A stretch of DNA of 64,000 nucleotides, taken from positions 1,888,001 to 1,952,000 of the forward strand of contig CAXXNF010000002.1 in the NCBI GenBank assembly GCA_963666365.2, in the 5' to 3' direction. The notes beneath the pieces were generated by a model. The model saw only the letters and a list, made by a program, of their open reading frames with translations, was not told the origin of the DNA and did no database searches. This DNA comes from Syntrophales bacterium. Its GTDB lineage: Bacteria; Desulfobacterota; Syntrophia; Syntrophales; UBA2210. Position 1 is the first letter of the stretch, and each line of letters opens with the position of its first letter. This document shows positions 49,822 through 59,372 of the stretch, piece by piece. The translations under genes and the position numbers were made by a program.

Positions 49822-50951
49822 AGATACGAATCGTTGCAGCCGTGGCGCGAAAAGAATACTATCACTTGATCCGGGATTTTCGAAGTCTTTATCTTGCCTT
49901 TGCCATTCCGATCATCCTAATTTTACTTTTCGGGTATGCCCTCAGTCTCGATGTGGAAAATATTAAAACGGTCGTAGTTGATCATGACCGAACGGACCTG
50001 AGCCGCGATTTTCTCCGTAAGTTTGAAGCATCCCCCTATTTCCAGATTGCCGCCTTTCTTCCGAACAGCGCAGCCGCTGCAAAGGCGCTCGATCACGGAT
50101 ACGCCACTATGGCGCTCATCATTCCCCCCGGATGGACCGCGGAGATACGCGCTGATCGGGAGTCCCCCCTGCAGATGCTTCTTGATGGAAGCGATCCCAA
50201 TTTCTCAGGCATCGCCCGTACCTACATCACCTCCTTTGTCGAAAGCTACAACAGCGGTCTCCTCAAGGACTTTCTCAACCGTCGGGGCATTAGGGAGCTT
50301 CACAGTCCCGTGGAAGGAAGAGTCCGCCTGTGGTTCAATGAAGACCTGGAAAGCAGAAACTTCATCGTTCCCGGAATTATTGCCGTCATCATAATGATTG
50401 TAGGGGCCATTTTGACCTCGCTCGTCATTGCCAGAGAATATGAAAACGGAACAATGGAAACAATCCGCTCGCTTCCCCTCACCGCCTCGGAATTTCTCAT
50501 CGGCAAATCCGTACCCTACTTCTTCATCGGGCTCGCAGATGTGCTTGTCGCTGTCTTTATGGGACAGGTACTCTTTGGGGTGGTCATGAAATCGAGTTTT
50601 TTGCTCATGATATTGGCCTCCTCCCTGTATCTCATGGTGGCCCTTGCCCTGGGATTGCTCATTTCCTCCCTCACCAAATCACAACTGGTGGCAAACCAGG
50701 GCGCCATTCTTATCACCTATCTGCCATCACTGCTGCTTTCCAATTTTGTCTTTCCCGTCTCCAACATGCCGAAGCCTTTGCAGATGCTGACCTATGTAGT
50801 TCCCGCCACCTATTACGTCGATATCCTGGGGGGCATTTACCTCAAGCACCTGGGACTGGCGGACATGTGGCCGAGCTACTCTGTCATGGCGGTTATGGCA
50901 CTGGCGCTTATGCTGCTCAATGTCGTCGCTCTCCGCAGGGAGGGCTTTTAG
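49818..50951 (+). CDS. ABC-2 permease (YbhS-like)
   Basis: LFGYALSLDV, DGSDPN, AREYENGTME. Confidence 0.9.
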   Translation: MKIRIVAAVARKEYYHLIRDFRSLYLAFAIPIILILLFGYALSLDVENIKTVVVDHDRTDLSRDFLRKFEASPYFQIAAFLPNSAAAAKALDHGYATMALIIPPGWTAEIRADRESPLQMLLDGSDPNFSGIARTYITSFVESYNSGLLKDFLNRRGIRELHSPVEGRVRLWFNEDLESRNFIVPGIIAVIIMIVGAILTSLVIAREYENGTMETIRSLPLTASEFLIGKSVPYFFIGLADVLVAVFMGQVLFGVVMKSSFLLMILASSLYLMVALALGLLISSLTKSQLVANQGAILITYLPSLLLSNFVFPVSNMPKPLQMLTYVVPATYYVDILGGIYLKHLGLADMWPSYSVMAVMALALMLLNVVALRREGF

Positions 50952-50952
50952 T

Positions 50953-52074
50953 ATGAGCTGGCTGAGAATACGGGAACTGGTCCGCAAGGAATTCATCCAG
51001 CTTTTTCGAGATCCGAAGAACCGGCGCGTGCTGATTATTGCTCCCATAATGCAGCTCATGATATTCGGCTATGTGGTCAACTATGATATCCGCACCATCA
51101 ATGTGGCCTTTCTCGACTATTCCCGGACACCGGAAAGTCGAAGATTGATTACCGCCTTTACGGGAAACGGCATTTTTCAGATAGTCGCAGGGGTCGCTGA
51201 TAACAACGCACTGGAAGCGCTGCTGCTGAAGGGCCGGTTGGATCTGGGGATCACGGTGCCGCCGGATTTTGCCGGAACGATCCAGAAAGGCAGAACCGCC
51301 TCGATTCAGGTTCTGGTCGACGGCAGCATGAGCAACATGGCCTCGCTGCGCATCGGCTACGCCCTGCAGGTGCTGGAGCGCTTTAACCGGGAACGGATGA
51401 GTGAACTCTATCCCATGCAACTCACCTACGGGCAAATCGACGGCCGTCTTCGTACCTGGTATAATCCCAATCTGGAAAGCCGGTACTTCTTTGTGCCCGG
51501 CATCGTCGCCTTTACGGTCGTGTTGATTTCGCTGCTTTTAACCTCTATTGCGATCATTAAGGAAAAAGAGGCCGGAACCATGGAACAGCTCATTGTAACA
51601 CCCCTGCGGCCCGTTGAACTTATCGCAGGGAAAACCATTCCCTATGTGCTTATATCCATCATCCAGATGCTCATCGTCACGCTTCTGGCACTCTACTGGT
51701 TTGAAATCCCCATGAAGGGAAATGTGCTGTTTCTTTTTTTCGCCACCTGTCTCTTTCTGATCAGCTCGATGGGGCTCGGTCTTTTTATCTCCACCGTCTC
51801 TTCAACACAGCAACAGGCAATGATGACCACCTTCTTCTTCATTCTTCCCATGTTCATGTTGAGTGGTTTTGTATTTCCTGTCGCCAATATGCCCATGGCT
51901 GTCAGATGGATCGCCTATTTGAACCCCCTCACGTATTTCCTCATAATTATAAGGGGAATTTTCCTTAAGGGCGTGGGATTCACTGTACTTTGGCCCCAGA
52001 TTGCCGCCCTCGTCGCCATTGGCTTTGCACTCTTTACGGGCTCGATCCGGCGCTTCAGAAAACGGCTGGATTAA
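50953..52074 (+). CDS. ABC-2 permease (YbhR-like)
   Basis: KEFIQLFRD, WYNPNL, EKEAGTMEQLIVTP. ATG 50953 chosen. Confidence 0.9.
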   Translation: MSWLRIRELVRKEFIQLFRDPKNRRVLIIAPIMQLMIFGYVVNYDIRTINVAFLDYSRTPESRRLITAFTGNGIFQIVAGVADNNALEALLLKGRLDLGITVPPDFAGTIQKGRTASIQVLVDGSMSNMASLRIGYALQVLERFNRERMSELYPMQLTYGQIDGRLRTWYNPNLESRYFFVPGIVAFTVVLISLLLTSIAIIKEKEAGTMEQLIVTPLRPVELIAGKTIPYVLISIIQMLIVTLLALYWFEIPMKGNVLFLFFATCLFLISSMGLGLFISTVSSTQQQAMMTTFFFILPMFMLSGFVFPVANMPMAVRWIAYLNPLTYFLIIIRGIFLKGVGFTVLWPQIAALVAIGFALFTGSIRRFRKRLD

Positions 52075-52095
52075 AAAAATAAAGGAGGAAACACT

Positions 52096-52839
52096 ATGAA
52101 GGTACTCTACGATCCGGAATTCAATCTCTCCTACTGCACCGATCCTGCTGCCGCCATCGGCCGCATGGAATCTATCGTGAGCGTTATAAAGGAGAAGGTA
52201 ACCTTTGTGGAAGCAATGCCTGCAGACAAAACCGACATCGCCGCCTGCCATTCCGATCGCCACATCGAGCAGGTCAGGCGAATCGGGCTTTATGATATTG
52301 CCGCGCTCGCCGCTGGAGGCGCTGTGCAAGCGGCGTTCACGGGACTGACGGAACCCTGCTTTGCCCTTATCAGACCCCCGGGACATCACGCATCCCATGA
52401 CAGTGCCTGGGGCTTTTGTTTCTTCAACAACATGGCCATCGCCCTTTCAAAATTAAAAAGGGAGAAACGAATTACAAGGGCCTTTATTCTCGACTTCGAC
52501 CTTCATTTCGGCGACGGCACCGTTAATATTCTGGGTAATGCCGGATATGTGGACATATTCAACCCCAGCGAATCTGATGCCGGAAAATACCTGCTGCAGG
52601 TCGAAAGAAATCTGCCCGACGACGTCGATATTATCGGCATATCCGCCGGGTTCGACAACCATAGGGAAGACTGGGGCGGCCTTCTCTCGACCGATGATTA
52701 CCGCGAGATGGGACGCATGGTGCACCGTGCCGCCGAAAAAAGCGGGGGAGGAAGCTTCGCCATTCTCGAAGGGGGGTACAATCACCGTGTAGTAGGCCAC
52801 AATGTCATGGCCCTCATCGAGGGGATGGAGGGTAAATAG
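52096..52839 (+). CDS. Zn-dependent histone-deacetylase-family protein (compact, 247 aa)
   Basis: RPPGHHA, GFCFFNN, DFDLHFGDGT, SAGFD, LEGGY. Confidence 0.92.
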   Translation: MKVLYDPEFNLSYCTDPAAAIGRMESIVSVIKEKVTFVEAMPADKTDIAACHSDRHIEQVRRIGLYDIAALAAGGAVQAAFTGLTEPCFALIRPPGHHASHDSAWGFCFFNNMAIALSKLKREKRITRAFILDFDLHFGDGTVNILGNAGYVDIFNPSESDAGKYLLQVERNLPDDVDIIGISAGFDNHREDWGGLLSTDDYREMGRMVHRAAEKSGGGSFAILEGGYNHRVVGHNVMALIEGMEGK

Positions 52840-52847
52840 CAACACAA

Positions 52848-54224
52848 CTACTTGCCGATACAGAAATTTGCAAAAATTCTGTCGAGCACCTCGTCGTCGA
52901 TGCTCTCACCGGTTATGCTGTCCAGACACGCGATCGCCTTATTCACGTCGCAGGCCGTCAACTCCGGAGACAAACCCTCGTCCAGAGACCGGACCGCTCT
53001 TCCGACTGCCTCCGTCGCTTCTTCCAGTGCCAGCTTATGGCGCAGATTGGTGAGCAATACCTCCGATTCGTATGCTTCATCAACCTGTGTATGCCGATAG
53101 ACCCCATCCTTAAGGGCATCGATACCTGCGCCTGTCTTTGCCGATATGAACACAGGCTCGATTTCGGGAAAGATTTCCTTCACTCTGTCAAGGCTCGAAT
53201 GAAGGGGAAGATCGATCTTGTTGACCACGACAATTTTTCTCTTAGCCCTGTGTTTCTCGATAATCTCTCGATCGTCTTCGGAAAATTCCCGGTGGCCGTC
53301 CAATAGGATCAGCACAAGGTCTGCCTGAGCCGCCCTCTCCCAGGCATACTTCACTCCTTCCCTCTCCAGTGCTTCTCCAGCGATTCTGATACCCGCCGTA
53401 TCGGTAAAACGAACGGGAATACCCTTGATCCTGATCTCCGCATCTATAAAATCTCGTGTGGTTCCCGGAATATCCGTCACAATCGCCCGGCGTTCACCGG
53501 CAAGGCGATTGAGCACACTCGATTTCCCCACATTCGGTCTTCCCATGATTACGACATTAACGCCGTCTCGGTACATCCTGCCCCTGTAATAGGTGGCTGC
53601 AACCTCTTCAATGGAATGCCGGACACGTTGCAGAATAATGCCGGGCGCTTCCTGCGATAGACCGATATCATCTTCTTCCGAAAAATCAATTGAGGTTTCC
53701 AGATGCACTGCCGCATCCAAAAGAAATGACCGAAGGTCTTTAATTTTTTCTGTTAAGGTTCCCTTGAGGGTGGCTGTGGCCTGTCGCACACCCCGTTCTG
53801 TCTTCGCAGCGATGAGATCGGCAATTGCCTCGGCCTGGGCAAGGTCAATTCTGTTGTTGAGAAAGGCACGCCTGGTAAACTCGCCTGGATCGGCGAGCCG
53901 CGCCCCCGCCATGCAGGTTTCCTGCAAAACGGCCTGGAGAATGAGGGGGTTCCCGTGGCAGTGTATTTCGAGTACATCTTCTCCCGTATAAGAATGAGGC
54001 GCCTTCATGAGTGAAATTAGCACCTCATCTATCACGGTTTCACTTTTTGACGCGACCAAGTCTCCATGGTAGAGCCGATGGCTTTCAAACTCGTCCACTC
54101 TGTTCCTGGCCCTGAAGAGGGCGCGACAGATCCTCTCAGACGCAGCGCCGCTTATTCTGACGATCCCTATGCCGCCGGCGCCTGCCACCGAGGTTGCAAT
54201 GGCTGCAATTGTGTCTTCCTGCAC
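52848..54224 (-). CDS. mnmE: tRNA modification GTPase MnmE
   Basis: DTIAAIAT, PHSYTGEDV, GEFTRRAFLN, GRPNVGKSS, PGTTRD, DTAG, FCIGK. Confidence 0.98.
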   Translation of the reverse strand: MQEDTIAAIATSVAGAGGIGIVRISGAASERICRALFRARNRVDEFESHRLYHGDLVASKSETVIDEVLISLMKAPHSYTGEDVLEIHCHGNPLILQAVLQETCMAGARLADPGEFTRRAFLNNRIDLAQAEAIADLIAAKTERGVRQATATLKGTLTEKIKDLRSFLLDAAVHLETSIDFSEEDDIGLSQEAPGIILQRVRHSIEEVAATYYRGRMYRDGVNVVIMGRPNVGKSSVLNRLAGERRAIVTDIPGTTRDFIDAEIRIKGIPVRFTDTAGIRIAGEALEREGVKYAWERAAQADLVLILLDGHREFSEDDREIIEKHRAKRKIVVVNKIDLPLHSSLDRVKEIFPEIEPVFISAKTGAGIDALKDGVYRHTQVDEAYESEVLLTNLRHKLALEEATEAVGRAVRSLDEGLSPELTACDVNKAIACLDSITGESIDDEVLDRIFANFCIGK

Positions 54225-54295
54225 AGTACGACGCCTCTAACGGCAGGGGTGAGGACGCCGGTTTTTGCGAAACCAAACCATTACCGGCACCGGAA

Positions 54296-55024
54296 TTATC
54301 CCTTTTTATGGGGAACGATTATAATTTTTCTGAAGGCGCCCTCGCCTTTGCTCTTCGTCAGTAAATCTTTATCGTTCTGGAGCGCAAGGTGGATAATTCT
54401 GCGGTCATGCGCATTCATAGGGTTCACGGTCACCGGTTTTTTGATGCGCTTTGCCTTCTCTCCCAGCTTTCTGGCAAGCGACACCAGCGACTTTTCTCTT
54501 TTGGCCCGATAATTCTCCGTGTCCAGGATCACACGTTTTCGCTCTTTACCGTTTTTATTGAGCGCCTTGTTCACGATATACTGCAGCGCATCAAGCGTCT
54601 GCCCACCTTTCCCGATGAGCAAACCACTTCCGTCGCCTTTGATATCGAGAGTGACATACTCATCCACTTCGGTGGCAACAACGGGAAAGGGAAACCCCAT
54701 CCTTTCGAGGATACCCTCGACAATTTCCCTGCTCTGGGATGCCGTGTCCCTGTCATCGAAATTCTCCCGGGAGAGCGTCTCGCCTTGGGGAAGAGGCTCG
54801 GGCACAGGAGCTGTATCACGGAAAGGGTCATCGAAATCCACAGTAACAGACATCAGGCTTGCCTTTATCTTCGCCTTCTTCGCGCCCAAAATACCCAGGA
54901 ACCCTCCCGATCCCTCTGTAATAATTTCAATATTCAGCTTTTCCCTGGCAACATCAAATGCGCTGCACGCCTTCTCTATTGCCTGATCAATAGTTTTTGC
55001 TTCAATTTCCAGATATTCTTTCAT
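54296..55024 (-). CDS. jag: Jag/KhpB RNA-binding protein (KH + R3H)
   Basis: GFLG, LIGKGGQTLDALQ, RRIIH; operon position. Confidence 0.95.
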   Translation of the reverse strand: MKEYLEIEAKTIDQAIEKACSAFDVAREKLNIEIITEGSGGFLGILGAKKAKIKASLMSVTVDFDDPFRDTAPVPEPLPQGETLSRENFDDRDTASQSREIVEGILERMGFPFPVVATEVDEYVTLDIKGDGSGLLIGKGGQTLDALQYIVNKALNKNGKERKRVILDTENYRAKREKSLVSLARKLGEKAKRIKKPVTVNPMNAHDRRIIHLALQNDKDLLTKSKGEGAFRKIIIVPHKKG

Positions 55025-55040
55025 CTTTACTGCCCTCGAC

Positions 55041-56666
55041 TTAATTCCGCTTGTTTATATAGTACTGCTGCCCAATGCTCAAGATGTTGTTAAACAGCCA
55101 GTAAATAACGAGCCCCGCCGGGAAATTGAGAAATAGAAAGGTAAAAATGACAGGCATCCACAGCATTATCTTCGCCTGCATCTCGTTTCCTGCCGGAGTG
55201 GGGCTCATCTTCTGCTGTAGAAACATCGTAGCCCCCATAATGATGGGAGTGACATAATAGGGATCTTTGGCTGAAAGGTCCTGAATCCAGAAAAAGAAGG
55301 GGGAATGTCTGAGTTCGATCGAATAGAGCAAGGCCCTGTATAACCCGAAGAACACCGGTATCTGTATCAACATGGGAAGACAACCGCTCATGGGATTCAC
55401 TTTGTGCGCCCGGTAAAGCGCCATTGTTTCCTGCTGAATTTTCGCCTTATCATCTTTATATTTTTCCCGGATCTTGAGCATCTGGGGCTGCAGCTTCTGC
55501 ATGCCCTTCATGGACCGGTAGCTGATTGTTCCCAGCGGCCAGAAAATAATTTTAATTAAAATGGTGATAATAATGATGGCGACGCCGTAATTGTGTACGT
55601 ACTGTTCCACAAAGTTCAGCGCTTTCAGAAGAGGAAGGGCAAGCCATTTGATCCATGATCCGAAATTAATTGAATTTTCAAGCCCTACGCCCTGGGCCTT
55701 GAGGTAGTCATAATTTTTAGGCCCGAGGTAGAGGTCATACCGATATATGCCGGTCTGATGGGGCGGTATGATGTTGTTCGGTCCCTGCAGGGCGACAGAC
55801 GCGATGTTCTTATCGTTTTTTGACATGATGAGATTGGTAAGTGACGGCTGCTGCGATATCATGGAAGCGATGAAATACTTACTTTCAAATCCCCCCCAGA
55901 GGACATCGGGACCGAAGAGCTTCGGTTCATCAAGCTTCTTCACCTTTTCCGATTTGAAATCACCCTTTTCGAAACCCACAGGCCCCTCATGGCTGTAACG
56001 ATCGGTATCGGCATCGGGGTCGGCATATTCGTTCCATACAAGCCGCGCATTCTGATGCAGCGTGGTATCGGATAAATTGATCACCCTCACTTCCAGAGCG
56101 AAGGCATAGGTATCAGGATAAAAGGTATATATCTTCTCCACCTTGATCTCGCCCGGATAGGACCATGAAAAGACGATCGTTCCCTCGCCGATCATTTTAG
56201 TGAGATCGAGACTTTCTCTATTCGGTTCATAGAGCGAATCGGCGGGGATATCGAGATTGGAATCGGGGAATGTAACCGTCAGCGGATACTCCATATCCCC
56301 TCGAAGCGCTACAAGTTCAATGCGCTCCGAATCTTTTTCCATGTTTTTTTTATAATCGTTTAACCGAAAGGATTTGAGAGCCCCGCCTCTGGTGGAAAAT
56401 ACCGCATGATAGAGTGAAGTGGTCACAGACACATCTCTGCTTCCCCTGGAAGAATCTTCCTCTTTCACAAGCGATTTCTTCGTATCGGCAGTCGCAGGCA
56501 CTTCCACAACTGCGCCTTTCTCGTTCCGTTCCTGTGGAAGAACGGTCGTCCCCTCTTCAATTTGAGGAGCGCTTTTTTCTTCAGGGCCCGGTTTCATAAA
56601 TAAATACTGGTAGCCCATCACAAGAATCAGTGACAACACAATGGCAAGAACCGTTTTCTTGTCCAT
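55041..56666 (-). CDS. yidC: Membrane protein insertase YidC
   Basis: YLGPK, NYGVAII, NPMSGCLP, WIQDLS, GLVIYW. Confidence 0.97.
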   Translation of the reverse strand: MDKKTVLAIVLSLILVMGYQYLFMKPGPEEKSAPQIEEGTTVLPQERNEKGAVVEVPATADTKKSLVKEEDSSRGSRDVSVTTSLYHAVFSTRGGALKSFRLNDYKKNMEKDSERIELVALRGDMEYPLTVTFPDSNLDIPADSLYEPNRESLDLTKMIGEGTIVFSWSYPGEIKVEKIYTFYPDTYAFALEVRVINLSDTTLHQNARLVWNEYADPDADTDRYSHEGPVGFEKGDFKSEKVKKLDEPKLFGPDVLWGGFESKYFIASMISQQPSLTNLIMSKNDKNIASVALQGPNNIIPPHQTGIYRYDLYLGPKNYDYLKAQGVGLENSINFGSWIKWLALPLLKALNFVEQYVHNYGVAIIIITILIKIIFWPLGTISYRSMKGMQKLQPQMLKIREKYKDDKAKIQQETMALYRAHKVNPMSGCLPMLIQIPVFFGLYRALLYSIELRHSPFFFWIQDLSAKDPYYVTPIIMGATMFLQQKMSPTPAGNEMQAKIMLWMPVIFTFLFLNFPAGLVIYWLFNNILSIGQQYYINKRN

Positions 56667-56694
56667 TCATAACCTCCAAGTTTTTCCTCTACAA

Positions 56695-56934
56695 CTACTC
56701 TACGGGATCGAAACCACCGGCACTGAAGGGATGACATCGAAGCACGCGCTTGAGCCCCAGCAACGATCCCCGCAGGGGACCATAACGCTTAACGGCCGTC
56801 AGCGCATATTCGGAACATGTGGGATAATAACGGCAGGCAGAAGGGAATAGTGGCGATATACACATCTGGTAAAATCTGATACAAAAAATCAGGACCATTT
56901 CTACCAATTTTACAAGGATTACCGTTTTTCGCAC
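56695..56934 (-). CDS. yidD: Membrane protein insertion efficiency factor YidD
   Basis: [21 protein letters not shown]. Confidence 0.95.
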   Translation of the reverse strand: MRKTVILVKLVEMVLIFCIRFYQMCISPLFPSACRYYPTCSEYALTAVKRYGPLRGSLLGLKRVLRCHPFSAGGFDPVE

Positions 56935-57263
56935 ATCACCTCTAATTCTTTACACACCACCTGGTAATTGAGCAACGATATATCCTTTTTTGCTATGACC
57001 ACGATATCCGTCGAAACAGGGAGCCTGTCTCTATTCAAACGGAAAAATTCTCTTACTAGACGTTTAATTCTATTGCGCGCTACCGAATTCCCCACCTTTT
57101 TACTTGCCGTTATTCCAAGCCTCGTTCTTCCCCGGCAATTAGGGTTTACCAGTACAATAAAACTCTTTGAGTGAACCCTGGCGCCTTCCTTGTAAATCGA
57201 CTGGTAATCGCTTCGTTTTCGGATTCTCTGTTCTTTTCCGAATGATTTGTTTTCCATGTTCAT
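56919..57263 (-). CDS. rnpA: RNase P protein component
   Basis: [28 protein letters not shown]. Confidence 0.96.
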   Translation of the reverse strand: MNMENKSFGKEQRIRKRSDYQSIYKEGARVHSKSFIVLVNPNCRGRTRLGITASKKVGNSVARNRIKRLVREFFRLNRDRLPVSTDIVVIAKKDISLLNYQVVCKELEVMCEKR

Positions 57264-57305
57264 TGCAGGTGGACAGAGACTTCGGCCGTCTCTATCCGCC
57301 CAAGG

Positions 57306-57443
57306 CTACACGGCAAGTCTTTTACGTCCTTTGGCCCGCCTTCTATTCAGTACCTGCCTCCCCCATCGTGTTGACATTCTTGTGCGGAAACCATGTGTCC
57401 GTTTCCTTTTTACATTGCTGACGTTTGTAAGATTTTTTTTCAT
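57306..57443 (-). CDS. rpmH: 50S ribosomal protein L34 (45 aa, absent from the ORF track)
   Basis: Manual translation [45 protein letters not shown], in the canonical position upstream of rnpA. Confidence 0.96.
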   Translation of the reverse strand: MKKNLTNVSNVKRKRTHGFRTRMSTRWGRQVLNRRRAKGRKRLAV

Positions 57444-57630
57444 AATGTATGAACTCCGAGTGAAATCAAGGCGTGATTCGACCACAAGAGCATTCTTTTG
57501 TCAAGAGTTAATATATGTACTTTTACACTGGTTACTTTTACGCTTGCATAAAGGGGCATCTCATTTTAGAATCACCCGTATTTTTCAGGGCGGTGCGATA
57601 TAACTTCACAAAAAAGGCAGCTCACGTAAA

Positions 57631-58407
57631 ATGAAACAGAAGCTTCCCCTGTCTGTTGCGATCATCACAAAGAATGAATCGAAAAATCTACCCGATTGCC
57701 TGGCCAGTGTGAAATTTGCAGATCAGATGGTGGTGGTCGATTCGGGAAGCAGCGATACCACTGTTGATATCGCAACTTCTTTCGGCTGTACGGTGTTCAT
57801 CGAACCATGGCGAGGTTTTGGTTTACAAAAGCAGTCTGCTCTCGATAAATGCAACAATCCATGGATACTTCTCCTTGATGCGGACGAGCGTATTCCCGCG
57901 GATACCGCCCCCGTCATAGAACAAATAGTGATGAAGGCGCCGGGCGTCATAAGGGGGTATCGCTTCCCCAGACGAAATTATTTTAAAGGCCGGTGGATCA
58001 AGCATCTCGGTTGGTGGCCCGATCCTGTAACTCGATTGTTTCAGAGAAATTACGGCCGAATGTCGAGGGCGCTGGTGCATGAATCGGTGGAAATCGACGG
58101 TCCGGTAAAAATGCTCGACGTTCCCATCGATCATTATACGGAAAGCAGTCTTTCCCAGATACTTCTCAAAATTGACCACTATTCGACACTGGGCGCGAGC
58201 GAAGCCCATCAGGCGGGAAAGCACTCATCCGTATATTCGGCATCCTTTCGCGCACTGCTCGTCTTTTTACAAAACTACCTGCTCAAAGGAGGATGTTTGG
58301 AGGGGAAACAGGGATTGACTCTTTCCATAACGGACTCGGTCAACAAGTTCTTCAAATATGCGAAGCTGGAGGAACTCAATGCCGCTTCGAAAAACCCCGC
58401 ACCCTAA
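57631..58407 (+). CDS. GT2 glycosyltransferase (WaaE/KdtX-like)
   Basis: IITKNE, VVDSGSSD, GFGLQK, LDADER, VHE. Confidence 0.9.
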   Translation: MKQKLPLSVAIITKNESKNLPDCLASVKFADQMVVVDSGSSDTTVDIATSFGCTVFIEPWRGFGLQKQSALDKCNNPWILLLDADERIPADTAPVIEQIVMKAPGVIRGYRFPRRNYFKGRWIKHLGWWPDPVTRLFQRNYGRMSRALVHESVEIDGPVKMLDVPIDHYTESSLSQILLKIDHYSTLGASEAHQAGKHSSVYSASFRALLVFLQNYLLKGGCLEGKQGLTLSITDSVNKFFKYAKLEELNAASKNPAP

Positions 58408-58424
58408 CCCTGATCGAATTCCCA

Positions 58425-59369
58425 ATGGATATATCGTTCATCATAGTAAGCTGGAATACGCAACACCTTCTCGAAGCCTGTCTGCACTCAATATATGACA
58501 CCGTGCAGGATGTTGCCTTTGAAGTGATCGTAGTCGATAACGGCTCACAGGACGGCAGCGTGACCTTTATGAAAGAGTATTTTCCTTCGGTCAGGATCAT
58601 TGAAAATAGCAACAATAGAGGCTTTGGCGCTGCAAATAACCAGGCCTTCGCAATAATGAAAGGGCGCTATGCCCTCCTTTTGAACACCGACGCGATCCTG
58701 ACTCCCCACGCAGCAGCACATCTTTTTTCCTTCATGGAATCGACCCCTGATGCCGCCCTGGCCTGCGGCCAGCTTCTGAATGCCGACGGAACGAAGCAGA
58801 ATTCAATCGCCGTCGCGCCAAGCCTTGCAACCCTTCTTTTCAACACGGCAGTTCTTGAATACCTTTTTCCGAAGCGGTTTCCGAGCAAGCGCTATACCCA
58901 TGCGAAACCCATCGAAATCGAATCCGCAGTGGGCGCCTGTATTATCGTGCGAAGGGACGCCATCGACGATATTGGCCTATTTGATGAAAGGTATTTTTTC
59001 TTCTTTGAAGAAACGGACTGGATGTGGCGCATGAGAATCGGAGGATGGAAACTCTATCATGTGCCTTCCGCCCGCATCTACCATCTGCAGGGACAGAGTA
59101 TCGGGCCGAGCATTCGTTCACGCATTGAATTCTACCGTTCGCGCTACCAGTTCTTGAGAAAATGGGAAGGACCCCTTTACAACGCCTTTGCCGGAGCAAT
59201 TATTTTCTGCCGCCTGACGATAAATCTGCTCTCCATGACCATCGGCTGTGCGGCCACCCTGTGGCGGAAAAAAAATGTCAGGGACAAGCAGCGCCTTTAC
59301 GGACAGCTTTTCCTGTGGCACCTGAAGGGATGCCCCGTATCATATCATGGTGACCGGAAGGAGCAGTAA
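58425..59369 (+). CDS. GT2 glycosyltransferase (WbbL-like)
   Basis: IIVSWN, VVDNGSQD, GFGAANN, LLNTD, FDERYFFFFEETD. ATG 58425 chosen. Confidence 0.9.
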   Translation: MDISFIIVSWNTQHLLEACLHSIYDTVQDVAFEVIVVDNGSQDGSVTFMKEYFPSVRIIENSNNRGFGAANNQAFAIMKGRYALLLNTDAILTPHAAAHLFSFMESTPDAALACGQLLNADGTKQNSIAVAPSLATLLFNTAVLEYLFPKRFPSKRYTHAKPIEIESAVGACIIVRRDAIDDIGLFDERYFFFFEETDWMWRMRIGGWKLYHVPSARIYHLQGQSIGPSIRSRIEFYRSRYQFLRKWEGPLYNAFAGAIIFCRLTINLLSMTIGCAATLWRKKNVRDKQRLYGQLFLWHLKGCPVSYHGDRKEQ

Positions 59370-59372
59370 CCA

